Source: a virus (taxonomy: Duplodnaviria; Caudoviricetes). Taken from it: a DNA stretch of 52,956 bases. A model generated the notes under the pieces. The model saw nothing but the letters and a program-made list of their open reading frames with translations. It was not told the DNA's origin and made no database searches. The stretch covers positions 1 through 52,956 of the IMG/VR virus record IMGVR_UViG_3300046808_000165. One strand, given 5' to 3'. Positions 29,513-38,360 of this stretch are shown one piece after another. The position numbers and the translations under genes were made by a program. Position 1 is the stretch's first letter. The number at the start of each line of letters is the position of its first letter.

Positions 29513-30140
29513 AAAACTGTACTTTAACAAGTACACTTATCGAGGCATATTCAAAACTAGACATTTGTACTGGGCACACCGTGCCCGTACAATACTAGAT
29601 TTTGAGAATATTGTCAAAGATGTAATTTTTGAAGATCGTTCATGGCGGGGGAAGATTAAACTAGAGGATATCGACTTTTTAGAAGTTGAGAAAATCATCC
29701 AGTTTAAGAACTTGCATAGTTCTAATTGCATGTATAGGCACGAAGGTGATAAACTAGCAGTATTCACCAATGACATTTCTATTTTACAGGAAATGTTAAC
29801 TATTCAGCCAGATGCAGAATTAACAGAACTATTGCTTTCCCCCGCCGGAGTTAAGTACTTTAAAACTGAGCCTCCTTCAAAATACAGAGTCTATCTTAAA
29901 TCTAGACGTATTACGGCTGATGACCGTGATAGTTTGTTGTCATTTTTAGACAGAACCGATATTGTTGAAGGTAGTGCTGGTCTGAAAAGAAACTTACTGA
30001 GTACTAGTAATTACAGAAATTCTTGGATACATACTGGACAATTCATTGGATACAACGAAGAAAGTACATTGACTTACTTTAGCATTATGTTTCCTGAGAT
30101 AGTTGGAAAATCCTACAAATTAGAAAAGAAAACGGACTAA
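29493..30140 (+). CDS. Hypothetical protein
   Basis: Start likely ATG 29493; two related halves (YTYRGIFK / YRVYLK). Confidence 0.7.
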   Translation: MNQVDREKLYFNKYTYRGIFKTRHLYWAHRARTILDFENIVKDVIFEDRSWRGKIKLEDIDFLEVEKIIQFKNLHSSNCMYRHEGDKLAVFTNDISILQEMLTIQPDAELTELLLSPAGVKYFKTEPPSKYRVYLKSRRITADDRDSLLSFLDRTDIVEGSAGLKRNLLSTSNYRNSWIHTGQFIGYNEESTLTYFSIMFPEIVGKSYKLEKKTD

Positions 30141-30148
30141 GATAAATA
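30141..30148 (+). promoter_or_regulatory. Late promoter (GATAAATA)
   Basis: Directly after stop at 30140, upstream of GGAG RBS. Confidence 0.7.
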
Positions 30149-30171
30149 CTCTAATACAATGGAGTATTTTC

Positions 30172-30336
30172 ATGGCAAAATTAGTCGAAGATGTAGTAGT
30201 AATCAAGTTATCAAAACTTATCAAGGATAACGATCCAGCAGATGTAATCGTTACCGAAGAAGTACAAACTGCATTAGAACAAGTAGCACAAGAACTAGCC
30301 GGCAACGGGGTCTTAGTAGAGGTAACGAGAGCGTAA
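30172..30336 (+). CDS. Small hypothetical protein (54 aa), absent from ORF track
   Basis: MAKLVEDVVVIKLSKLIKD...GVLVEVTRA; late promoter and GGAG RBS; fills the gap exactly. Confidence 0.8.
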   Translation: MAKLVEDVVVIKLSKLIKDNDPADVIVTEEVQTALEQVAQELAGNGVLVEVTRA

Positions 30337-30337
30337 T

Positions 30338-30724
30338 ATGTCTCAAGCCACTACTCTGATCCTGTTTCCGCAGACAGCCTATATTAATCCTGGTAACGGT
30401 GCACCATACACAGTTACCGGAAACAGTCAGCCAGCGGCAGCATACTATCTAGGCAATCAAGATTTACAAACAGTAACATATGGATTGTCTAACTGTACTG
30501 GCAATATCGTTATTGAAGCAACATTAGCATCAACTCCTAGCAATAGTGATTGGTTCAGAGTATATGAACTAGAAGCAAATGCTAATGCCGCTAGCAATTC
30601 AGCACCAGAGATTGCAAGTAATGCAACAGCATATACCAATATTGAAGGCAACTTTGTTTATATCAGAGCAAAGATTGAGGACTTTCAAGGTGGTGTCGTT
30701 AATTTTGTCAAGGTAAGTTATTAA
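30338..30724 (+). CDS. Hypothetical beta-sandwich, probably virion protein
   Basis: 128 aa; late operon; GNIVIEATL..DWF..GNFVYIRA pattern. Confidence 0.7.
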   Translation: MSQATTLILFPQTAYINPGNGAPYTVTGNSQPAAAYYLGNQDLQTVTYGLSNCTGNIVIEATLASTPSNSDWFRVYELEANANAASNSAPEIASNATAYTNIEGNFVYIRAKIEDFQGGVVNFVKVSY

Positions 30725-30725
30725 A

Positions 30726-31424
30726 ATGAGTACAGTAGTCATTATGCCCGGCGGGTTTCATCCATTTCATGCAGGCCATATGGCACTGTATAATTCTGCA
30801 CGTGAAGCATTTCCCGGTGCAGAGGTTTATGTAGCCGCTAGTAATGACACTAAGACAAGACCTTTTCCCTTTGAGTTAAAAGAAAAACTAGCAAAGGTTG
30901 CGGGAGTACAACCAGGACATTTCGTACAAGTAAAGAGTCCATTTCAACCTAAAGAAATTACACAAAACTATGATCCAGAAAAAGATGTAGTCATCTTTGT
31001 TCGTAGTCAAAAGGACATGAAAGAAAGTCCTATTCCAGGCGGTGTTAAAAAGAATGGTGAGCCTGCATATTTTCAACCATTTAAGCGTGGCGAACTAGAA
31101 CCATTTGGTAAGCATGCATATATGGCTTATCTACCAACAGTAGAGTTTGGTCCCGGTATCACTAGTGCTACTGAAATTCGCAATGCATGGCCTAATCTTA
31201 ATGACAAGCAAAAGACTGCTATGGTCATGAGTTTATATCCTGCAACACAAAAGAATTTGAAACTAGCACAGAACGTAGTTAAGATGCTAGATGTTGGTAT
31301 GAGTGGAGAAGTCTCTGAGGCTTCTAGTCCTGCACAGCAGGCTGCTATTGCTATTAACATGCAGAAGCAAAATAAAACACCCAAACATATCGATGAAAGT
31401 CTAGATTATCTAGAGGAAAAATAA
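30726..31424 (+). CDS. HxGH nucleotidyltransferase (cytidyltransferase-like)
   Basis: PGGFHPFHAGH and SATEIR motifs. Confidence 0.85.
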   Translation: MSTVVIMPGGFHPFHAGHMALYNSAREAFPGAEVYVAASNDTKTRPFPFELKEKLAKVAGVQPGHFVQVKSPFQPKEITQNYDPEKDVVIFVRSQKDMKESPIPGGVKKNGEPAYFQPFKRGELEPFGKHAYMAYLPTVEFGPGITSATEIRNAWPNLNDKQKTAMVMSLYPATQKNLKLAQNVVKMLDVGMSGEVSEASSPAQQAAIAINMQKQNKTPKHIDESLDYLEEK

Positions 31425-31433
31425 TTCCACACC

Positions 31434-31474
31434 CCTCTCAGGACGTAAATATTAGTACGTTTCAACAAGAGAGG
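31434..31474 (+). promoter_or_regulatory. RBS-sequestering hairpin containing a late promoter
   Basis: CCTCTC (31434-39) complements RBS GAGAGG (31469-74); inner ACGTA/TACGT stem; CGTAAATA at 31444-51. Confidence 0.5.
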
Positions 31475-31479
31475 ACTTC

Positions 31480-32418
31480 ATGGCAAAGAAACCAAATTCA
31501 CCAAAGGCAGCCGCGGCAGCACAGACTGGCGCAGAACCAAAGACAGTACCAGTAGAAAAGGTACATGAGATTGCAGAGCAGGCTGCAGCCGAGCAACAAA
31601 ACGCACAAGCCCAACAGGGTCAAGTGCAAGTCAACGTTGATTTCTTACGTACAACACGTGTACACATTGCAATGCCCTGCTATGGCGGCATGCTAACAGA
31701 ATCAACATTTATGAGTTTCATCAAGTGGGCTAATACAGCCCGACAGTTAGGCATTGACTGGACACTAGAAACAATGGTTAATGAATCACTTATTAGCCGC
31801 GCACGTAATACACTTACTGCTAAGTTTTTAGATATGCCCGATGCAACACACTTATTCTTTGTGGACGCCGATATTGGTTGGGAGCCCTGGCATTTGCTAG
31901 TCCTCTTGAACAGGGATGTTGACGTTATCGGTGGTCTTTATCCAATGAAGACTATGCCAATTAAGTGGGTTGTTAACGGATTCGAAGGTGCTGAAGAAGG
32001 TCCGGATGGACTTCAGGAAGTATCAAAGGCAGGCACTGGCTTCTTACTAATGAAGAAGCATGTATTTGAAAAGATGAATAGTCACCCTGCTGTGAAGCAG
32101 TATAAGAACGATATCGGACTTGACCCTAAGTACGATCAGTATCTAAAGACGTACTTTGATACAGCAGTTCGTCAGAATCGCTACTACAGCGAAGATTGGA
32201 CATTCTGTGAAAACTGGCGTGACTTAGGTGGAAGAATCTGGGTCGATAAGCGTGTCTTACTACGACATTCAGGTAGTTATGTTTTCTGTATGGAAAACCA
32301 GCAACATCTAATGAACACTATTGGACCTATGTATGCTCAGGAACAGGCTGCTAAGGCAGCGGCTGCTCAGGCTGCACCAAAGCCCGACGGTGATGGTAAC
32401 ATTACATTAAACACTTAA
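31480..32418 (+). CDS. GT-A fold glycosyltransferase-like protein
   Basis: IAMPCYGG, ESLISRARN, FFVDADIGW (DxD), GTGFLL, SEDWTFC. Confidence 0.85.
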   Translation: MAKKPNSPKAAAAAQTGAEPKTVPVEKVHEIAEQAAAEQQNAQAQQGQVQVNVDFLRTTRVHIAMPCYGGMLTESTFMSFIKWANTARQLGIDWTLETMVNESLISRARNTLTAKFLDMPDATHLFFVDADIGWEPWHLLVLLNRDVDVIGGLYPMKTMPIKWVVNGFEGAEEGPDGLQEVSKAGTGFLLMKKHVFEKMNSHPAVKQYKNDIGLDPKYDQYLKTYFDTAVRQNRYYSEDWTFCENWRDLGGRIWVDKRVLLRHSGSYVFCMENQQHLMNTIGPMYAQEQAAKAAAAQAAPKPDGDGNITLNT

Positions 32419-32438
32419 GATAGTCTTAAATGTTAACG

Positions 32439-32466
32439 AAAAGGCCCCTTTATTGGGGCCTTTTTT
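32439..32466 (+). terminator. Intrinsic terminator
   Basis: AAAAGGCCCC-TTTATT-GGGGCCTTTTTT. Confidence 0.9.
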
Positions 32467-32490
32467 ATTAGTTCCAAATCTACAGAACGT

Positions 32491-32498
32491 GATAAATA
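32491..32498 (+). promoter_or_regulatory. Late promoter (GATAAATA) heading the modular protein array
   Basis: After terminator, 24 nt before ATG 32523. Confidence 0.75.
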
Positions 32499-32522
32499 CA
32501 CTATAAAACGGATTATTGAACT

Positions 32523-33230
32523 ATGAAAATCTCTGACATTTACGAATCAACTACAGCAGGCTCAGTAGCAACTGTTGCAACCCCAATGGGAGGCACACAG
32601 ACTCGTGGTAAGGGCGTATACCCTAACCAAAAGGGCGGTAACTTATTAACTGGTAAAAAGACTAATAAGAAGTTTGCTAACTCAATTAAAGAAAGTGCTA
32701 CAGTAAGCGAAGCAGAATTAAGCGAACAAGACTTAATTGTTATTCCTGGACAAGGCATGAAACGTAAATCTGGCTTTGTACCACATGGTGCAAGTCGTAT
32801 TGACCATGAAGTTGAAATGGCACGTAGTGACTTATTTCAATCAGTCAAAAATGCTAGAGCAGTTCATGAACTTATCAAAGATCGTAGCGAAGAAGAAGGT
32901 CTTGAAGGTTGGGTACAAGAAAAGATTATCAAAGCAAATGACTATCTAAACACAGTACGTGAATACCTAGAAGGTAAGAGTGTACATGAAATGACTGCAG
33001 GTACACTTGCAGGCGGTGTTGCCGCAGAATCAGTAGTCAGAGAAAAGGCTGTAAGCAAAGCACAGCAAAAGTTTTTTGGCATGGCACATGCTATGCAAAA
33101 AGGTGAAAAGATTAAAGGCGCTAGCAAAGATTTAAAAGATGTTGCTAAGTCAATGACAAAAGGTGACGTTAAAGACTTTGCTAAGACAAAGCATAAGGGT
33201 TTGCCACAACACGTATCTAAGAAGGACTAA
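32523..33230 (+). CDS. Modular putative internal head protein with C-terminal DUF3008-like domain
   Basis: MKISDIYES leader; AVSKAQQKFFG..KGASK..KSM..DFAKTKHKGLP recalled as DUF3008-like. Confidence 0.7.
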   Translation: MKISDIYESTTAGSVATVATPMGGTQTRGKGVYPNQKGGNLLTGKKTNKKFANSIKESATVSEAELSEQDLIVIPGQGMKRKSGFVPHGASRIDHEVEMARSDLFQSVKNARAVHELIKDRSEEEGLEGWVQEKIIKANDYLNTVREYLEGKSVHEMTAGTLAGGVAAESVVREKAVSKAQQKFFGMAHAMQKGEKIKGASKDLKDVAKSMTKGDVKDFAKTKHKGLPQHVSKKD

Positions 33231-33233
33231 ACA

Positions 33234-34574
33234 ATGAGTAGCATCATGAAGGGTCTAGTGACCGAAAAGAAAAAGAAACCAAAGCCAACAAGTCCTGAAA
33301 AATGGGCTAGAGCAAAAGCAAAAGCCCGTAGCAAGTTTGATGTATATCCAAGTGCATATGCTAACGCCTATGCAAGCAAAGAATATAAAAAGATGGGCGG
33401 CGGCTGGCGTATGGGTGAGAGCATTGTAGACTTAGATGAAAACATGCTATCTACATATGCTGACATGTTTGACTTAGACGAAGCCGGTTATGATCCAATT
33501 GAACAATCAAAGCGTAATTTCAAACGCCGTGAACATGAAGCCGAATGGGAACGTGAACAAGAATTAGACCGTCAGCGTAAAGAGCAAGAAGGTGGTACCT
33601 GGTACATTCGTATTAATGGCAAAATCTTTAAAGACCGCAATGGCGACCCTGTTATGTTTAACGGCAAGAAGCATGCCAATGCAGTTGCAGTTAAGATGAT
33701 GCAGAAATCATTTAACGTTGGTAAAGAGTTCATGCTAACTACTAAACCTGAAGATACACAGCAAGGTGTATCAGAAGGTCACGCAGACCAACAACGCAAA
33801 ATCTTTAAGAAGAATGGCAAGCCAGTGGGCGAAGTTGGTATTGACCGTGAATCAAGTCCAGGTGTTGGACAATGGTACATGAAGTGCTACGAATTTGATA
33901 TTGACAATAGTGGCTATGACTCATACGAAGAAGCAGTGGCAGAACTAAAATATTGTCTAAAGCAAAGTGTAGCGGAAGCACAAGGTGACATATTACATGA
34001 TCCGGAATATTCATTGCCGGAAGCACGTAAGATTACTAAAGCAATTAAGTATGACGATACGGTAGGTGAAATCATTACTCAAATTCAAATGCTTGCAGAA
34101 CGTACAGAAGGTATTGACAGCAAAACATTAGAATATAGTATCGATGGCGTATTGTCTGCAAAGAATGCATTAGAATCAGCCGTATATGATTTAGAAGAAG
34201 CATTTGAAGATGCCGCACGTAATGCACAGTATAAGCGTGACGAAGAAGATTTAGACGAAGACTACACCGGTATATTTGCCGCAGAAAAGACTCCTGAAAC
34301 TAATCCATATGGTGGTTCAAAGGATCGCCAATTCAGAGGTGCTATCAGCGAGACACCAACTGATAATCCAACAGGCGCAAGTGGTGAAGGTGGCTGGAGA
34401 ACTTATCGTGCAAAGCCAGCAGGTCAGATTGATGAAGAAGAGCAACTTGATGAACTAAAATGCTGGCCAGGTTATACTAGAGTAAAAGGTGTACCTGCAG
34501 GCGCGCCCGGCAGTTGCAAAAAGAAAACAAAAGAATCATCTATTATGAAGGGCATCAGCCGTGAGAGCAAGTGA
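33234..34574 (+). CDS. Modular putative internal head polyprotein
   Basis: Short modules separated by LDE/VSE/VAE/ISE; KFDVYPSAYA..GGGWR and CWPGY..GSC modules. Confidence 0.7.
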   Translation: MSSIMKGLVTEKKKKPKPTSPEKWARAKAKARSKFDVYPSAYANAYASKEYKKMGGGWRMGESIVDLDENMLSTYADMFDLDEAGYDPIEQSKRNFKRREHEAEWEREQELDRQRKEQEGGTWYIRINGKIFKDRNGDPVMFNGKKHANAVAVKMMQKSFNVGKEFMLTTKPEDTQQGVSEGHADQQRKIFKKNGKPVGEVGIDRESSPGVGQWYMKCYEFDIDNSGYDSYEEAVAELKYCLKQSVAEAQGDILHDPEYSLPEARKITKAIKYDDTVGEIITQIQMLAERTEGIDSKTLEYSIDGVLSAKNALESAVYDLEEAFEDAARNAQYKRDEEDLDEDYTGIFAAEKTPETNPYGGSKDRQFRGAISETPTDNPTGASGEGGWRTYRAKPAGQIDEEEQLDELKCWPGYTRVKGVPAGAPGSCKKKTKESSIMKGISRESK

Positions 34575-34863
34575 GTTTATCATTGAAGGTTCTTACCAAG
34601 GTGGACTACGTAAGTGGTTTAAAGAGAAGTGGGTAAACCTCGCTAAAAAGAAAAAAGGTGGTGGGTATGAACAATGTGGTAGTTCAGGCGACTCTAAAGG
34701 ATATGCTAAGTGCGTGCCAGCAGCCAAGGCTGGCAGAATGTCCGACAAAGAAGAAAAGTCCGCAATCAATAGGAAGCGTTCAGCACAGCGCAAAGCAGGT
34801 AGACCCGGCAAAAGATCCGGGGGCAAAGGTAAAACACCGGTATTTGTAAAGACTGATAAATGA
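34561..34863 (+). CDS. Basic protein with MRASEFI leader (DUF5872-like)
   Basis: GTG start; GLRKWFKEKWV..C..KCVPAAKA; strongly basic. Confidence 0.75.
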   Translation: MRASEFIIEGSYQGGLRKWFKEKWVNLAKKKKGGGYEQCGSSGDSKGYAKCVPAAKAGRMSDKEEKSAINRKRSAQRKAGRPGKRSGGKGKTPVFVKTDK

Positions 34864-35990
34864 GAGCAAGTGAATTCATTATAGAAGGTAACGATAAAGA
34901 GTTTCACACAGGTGGAGCCTTAGGATTACCTTTTCCTGGTAGTTACGAACAAGAATATAATATGTTCAAGCGTAAAGGTTCACGTAGAATCACTGCTATG
35001 ACTAATGAAGCACTTGACAGTTCATATGATTATGAAGGCAATGTTGTTGGGGGTAGATACTCTTTTGAAACCGAAGATGGTGTAGAATATAGAGTATATT
35101 TTAGTGGAAACAATTTAGTAGAAGTTTCATTTAATGCAAGTACTGACGGTGGCGATACTTGGAAGAGTACAATGATTGGTACCGGCGATGCGTATAAAGT
35201 ATTTGGTACTGTTATTAAGATTATTCAGGAATATGTAGAAGTGCATCAGCCACGTGCATTGTATTTCACCGCAGACAAAGACGAACGCGGACGTGTTAAT
35301 TTATATAAAACATTAGCCTCAAAAGTTGATAAAGTATTACCTAATTATATTGACGCAGGCCCAAATGATTTAGGTAGTGGTGTTGCGTTTATGGTAAAGC
35401 GTAAGGGTGACAAAATCAACTTTAGTGGTGAAGACGATCCTATCAATGAAGTTGCTGATAATCCATATGATTACATTCAGAACGTAAAGACACCCGACAA
35501 ACGTGCATATCGTTTTCAAACAGACGATGGCAATTTGTATAGAGTTCAAGTATTCAATCGCCGTAGTGACAACGAAAACAAATTAGAAATTCATTTTGAT
35601 CTTACAGATTTAAAAACAGGCAAACCTAATGCAGGCAAGACTGGTACGGGTGATAGTATTCGTGTGTTTGGCACTGTTGCTAATATCTTACAAAAAGAAG
35701 TACAAGACCAAAAGCCAACTGGAGTTATCATTGCTAGTAAAGCAGATGACGAAAGCAGACTTAAATTATATAGAACATTAGCACGTAGAGCAACTAAAAT
35801 AATGCCCGACTATGAAGTGGCAGGTGAGCGTACGGTTGCTGGTGGAGACGGTAATCAATATATCACAATCGAATTAAAGCGTAAAGAAAATGTAAATGAA
35901 AAGTGGAGTGAGAAGTATAAGCGTAGTATCAACTGCAATAACCCAAAAGGGTTTAGTCAACGTGCCCACTGTCAAGGACGTAAGAAATAA
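34860..35990 (+). CDS. MRASEFI-leader protein with tandem duplicated domain
   Basis: Two GTGD..VFGTV..I..R..LY domains; C-terminal KWSEKYKRSINCNNPKGFSQRAHC module. Confidence 0.8.
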   Translation: MRASEFIIEGNDKEFHTGGALGLPFPGSYEQEYNMFKRKGSRRITAMTNEALDSSYDYEGNVVGGRYSFETEDGVEYRVYFSGNNLVEVSFNASTDGGDTWKSTMIGTGDAYKVFGTVIKIIQEYVEVHQPRALYFTADKDERGRVNLYKTLASKVDKVLPNYIDAGPNDLGSGVAFMVKRKGDKINFSGEDDPINEVADNPYDYIQNVKTPDKRAYRFQTDDGNLYRVQVFNRRSDNENKLEIHFDLTDLKTGKPNAGKTGTGDSIRVFGTVANILQKEVQDQKPTGVIIASKADDESRLKLYRTLARRATKIMPDYEVAGERTVAGGDGNQYITIELKRKENVNEKWSEKYKRSINCNNPKGFSQRAHCQGRKK

Positions 35991-36002
35991 TAGAGATTGT
36001 CA

Positions 36003-36146
36003 ATGAGCCATTTAAATGATGTACAAATGACTTATTTTCAGCATTTACGCAGAGCATATAAGATTGCAGTAGTTCTATTAGTACATGGATTATTTCCAAA
36101 CGTTTGGAAAACTAAAGCACACGAATTACTTTGCGCACATAAATAA
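36003..36146 (+). CDS. Small membrane-associated protein (47 aa), absent from ORF track
   Basis: MSHLNDVQMTYFQHLRRAYKIAVVLLVHGLFP...; HL..Y.QH..HG.FP pattern recalled as DUF6356-like. Confidence 0.7.
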   Translation: MSHLNDVQMTYFQHLRRAYKIAVVLLVHGLFPNVWKTKAHELLCAHK

Positions 36147-36164
36147 TATAAACAGGAACATAAC

Positions 36165-36608
36165 ATGTTAGCAGACGCACTTAAAACACTATTAGCAACT
36201 AGTTACGCATTCGTAATTAAAGCACAGAACTTTCATTGGAACGTAGAGGGTCCTAACTTCCCACAATACCATGAGTTTTTGGGTAACCTATATGAAGAAG
36301 TTTATGGCAATGCTATCGATCAAACTGCCGAACTAATTCGTCAATTGGATAGTTATACTCCAGGATCAATTACACGTTTCGCTGAATTGAGTCAGATTCC
36401 TGATCAAACTAAAATTCCACGTGCTGAACTAATGATTGCAGAATTGCAAGCAGACAATCAAAAGATTCTAGATATGTGGAAAGCCGCTTTCCCTATCGCC
36501 GAAGAAGAAAATGAGCAGGGTGTTGCAGACTTTATTGCAGGTCGCATTGATGCTCATGGTAAACATGGTTGGATGCTACGCAGTATCCTAAAGACGCAAC
36601 GTGCTTAA
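36165..36608 (+). CDS. dps: Dps/ferritin-like protein
   Basis: NFHWNVEGPNFPQYHEFL..YEE..DQTAELIR..HGKHGWML; CATAAATA at 36138. Confidence 0.93.
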   Translation: MLADALKTLLATSYAFVIKAQNFHWNVEGPNFPQYHEFLGNLYEEVYGNAIDQTAELIRQLDSYTPGSITRFAELSQIPDQTKIPRAELMIAELQADNQKILDMWKAAFPIAEEENEQGVADFIAGRIDAHGKHGWMLRSILKTQRA

Positions 36609-37131
36609 TGAAGCCAGCCCAGACAGTTTTCAAGGTAGCATGTCTGATGATCAAATCATCAGCAGGCTATGGATGGCCAAACGCCTAAAAAATACTAATA
36701 TCCCTATTAAAAAATGTGCTGTACTAGGTAGTTGGTACGGCATTTTGCCATATGTACTAAACAGAAACAATGATATTGAAGAGTTAGTAGCAATTGATAG
36801 TGAGCCGGGTTGCATAGAAGTTAGTAGAGAATTAAATCCTAATATAAAACATATTGTTAAAGATTGCAACGAACTAAAATATACTGGTGCAGACTGTGTT
36901 ATTAACCCTAGTGTTAATAACATTGAGGGTACTAAATGGTATGACAATATCCCTAAAGGTAAACTATGTTTGTTTCAAACAGAAGATATTGAAAACAGCG
37001 AAGGTTGTCCTAAAACTTTAGATGAGATGAAAAAGAAGTTCCCATTAACTAAATATCTATATCAAGGTACATTAAACACCACTGACAAAGATGGTGATTT
37101 TACTAGAAGTATGGTGATTGGATACAAATGA
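36601..37131 (+). CDS. Class I SAM-dependent methyltransferase-like protein
   Basis: AVLGSWYG motif I, AIDSEP motif II, VINPS. Confidence 0.65.
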   Translation: MLNEASPDSFQGSMSDDQIISRLWMAKRLKNTNIPIKKCAVLGSWYGILPYVLNRNNDIEELVAIDSEPGCIEVSRELNPNIKHIVKDCNELKYTGADCVINPSVNNIEGTKWYDNIPKGKLCLFQTEDIENSEGCPKTLDEMKKKFPLTKYLYQGTLNTTDKDGDFTRSMVIGYK

Positions 37132-37808
37132 GAGCAAGTGAATTCATTGTTGAATATAAAGAAGTAGATGAAGGCTGGAAAGATGTTGCAGTCGGCTCTG
37201 CCTTAGCATTAGGTGCATTAGGTGGTGCATATGCAAAACTTCAACCAAACACACCTGCTACACAACAGCAAGTAGTACAACAAAAACAGTTTACTCCAAT
37301 CAGCAATAATCCACAAAACGAAATTCAATTATTAAAAACTGCTAAAGCCAATGGATTAAAGGGTGCTGAGTTAGCACAGTTCATGGCACAAACTAAACAT
37401 GAGAGTTGGGACTTTAACAGACTAAAAGAAAAGCCTCAACCAGGTGTTAAGGGTTATTTTAGTAAGAAGTATGATATTAAACATAGTCCTAAAACAGCAA
37501 AGATTCTTGGTAACAAGAAGGTAGGAGATGGCGAACGTTATCATGGTCGAGGATTTATTCAGTTGACAGGTCGTGACAATTATCGTATGGCAGGAGAAGC
37601 ATTAGGCCTTGACTTATTGAACAATCCTGAACTAGCGGCAAAGCCTGATGTTGCATCAAAAATCGCAATTTGGTATTGGAACAGTAGAGTTAAACCTAAC
37701 GTTCAAAACTTTAATGACACTAAAGCAGTTACTAGAAAGATCAATCCAGCAGTAAAAGGCCTCGAAGATAGAGAGTCTAATTTTAAAGATTACATGAGAA
37801 TGGTATGA
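37128..37808 (+). CDS. Second GH19 lysin with MRASEFI leader and hydrophobic segment
   Basis: [42 protein letters not shown]. Confidence 0.88.
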   Translation: MRASEFIVEYKEVDEGWKDVAVGSALALGALGGAYAKLQPNTPATQQQVVQQKQFTPISNNPQNEIQLLKTAKANGLKGAELAQFMAQTKHESWDFNRLKEKPQPGVKGYFSKKYDIKHSPKTAKILGNKKVGDGERYHGRGFIQLTGRDNYRMAGEALGLDLLNNPELAAKPDVASKIAIWYWNSRVKPNVQNFNDTKAVTRKINPAVKGLEDRESNFKDYMRMV

Positions 37809-38269
37809 GAGCAAACGAATTCATTGTTGAGTATAAAGTAGACAACCGAAATGGACTAGGTGCAGTACCCTATAACCAAGACGTTGACTATTTTGGTATG
37901 CGTGTATTAATGAAGCCAAGTACATTTTTAAAATTAGCACTACCCTTAGATAAGCCAGTTAGTGTAGATCATATTGCACAACATCTTAAAGATGGCGGCA
38001 GTTTAGGTGCTCCCTTCTTAGATATTGCCATTCCTAAAGAATGGGAAGATGGCGATATGTCAGAACCTGCTAGAGTTTCAGGCCATGAAGGTAGAAATCG
38101 TATGCTAGCAATTCAGCAAGTACAAGGTGATGATCCAGTAGAAGTTCATATTTTCCCTAAAGGTGGGATGAGAGCAAGAGATTTAACACCTGAAATTAAA
38201 ACGGCATTACGTAATGGTATGGTGAATCAAGAACGAAATAGATTCATCAGTGGCGATTTATTTTCATAA
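37805..38269 (+). CDS. MRANEFI-leader protein, ParB/sulfiredoxin-like
   Basis: [26 protein letters not shown] resembles the ParB-like (D/E)GxxR motif. Confidence 0.6.
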   Translation: MRANEFIVEYKVDNRNGLGAVPYNQDVDYFGMRVLMKPSTFLKLALPLDKPVSVDHIAQHLKDGGSLGAPFLDIAIPKEWEDGDMSEPARVSGHEGRNRMLAIQQVQGDDPVEVHIFPKGGMRARDLTPEIKTALRNGMVNQERNRFISGDLFS

Positions 38270-38274
38270 AAAGG

Positions 38275-38303
38275 TTGACATTGGAATCCATTGATGCTAT
38301 TGT
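38275..38303 (+). promoter_or_regulatory. Sigma70-type promoter
   Basis: TTGACA-17 nt-TATTGT with extended TG. Confidence 0.6.
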
Positions 38304-38334
38304 CAATTTACTGACTACATCTCATTCCAATCTA

Positions 38335-38342
38335 GATAAATA
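38335..38342 (+). promoter_or_regulatory. Late promoter (GATAAATA)
   Basis: Upstream of AGGA RBS and ATG 38361. Confidence 0.7.
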
Positions 38343-38360
38343 CATCAAAGGAATTATAAC

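Noticed and set aside
38168-38185. Internal ATGAGAGCAAGAGAT (MRARDL) resembling the leader
   Set aside because: In-frame inside the ParB-like ORF, lacks the FI-x-E part and would give only 33 aa; may be chance
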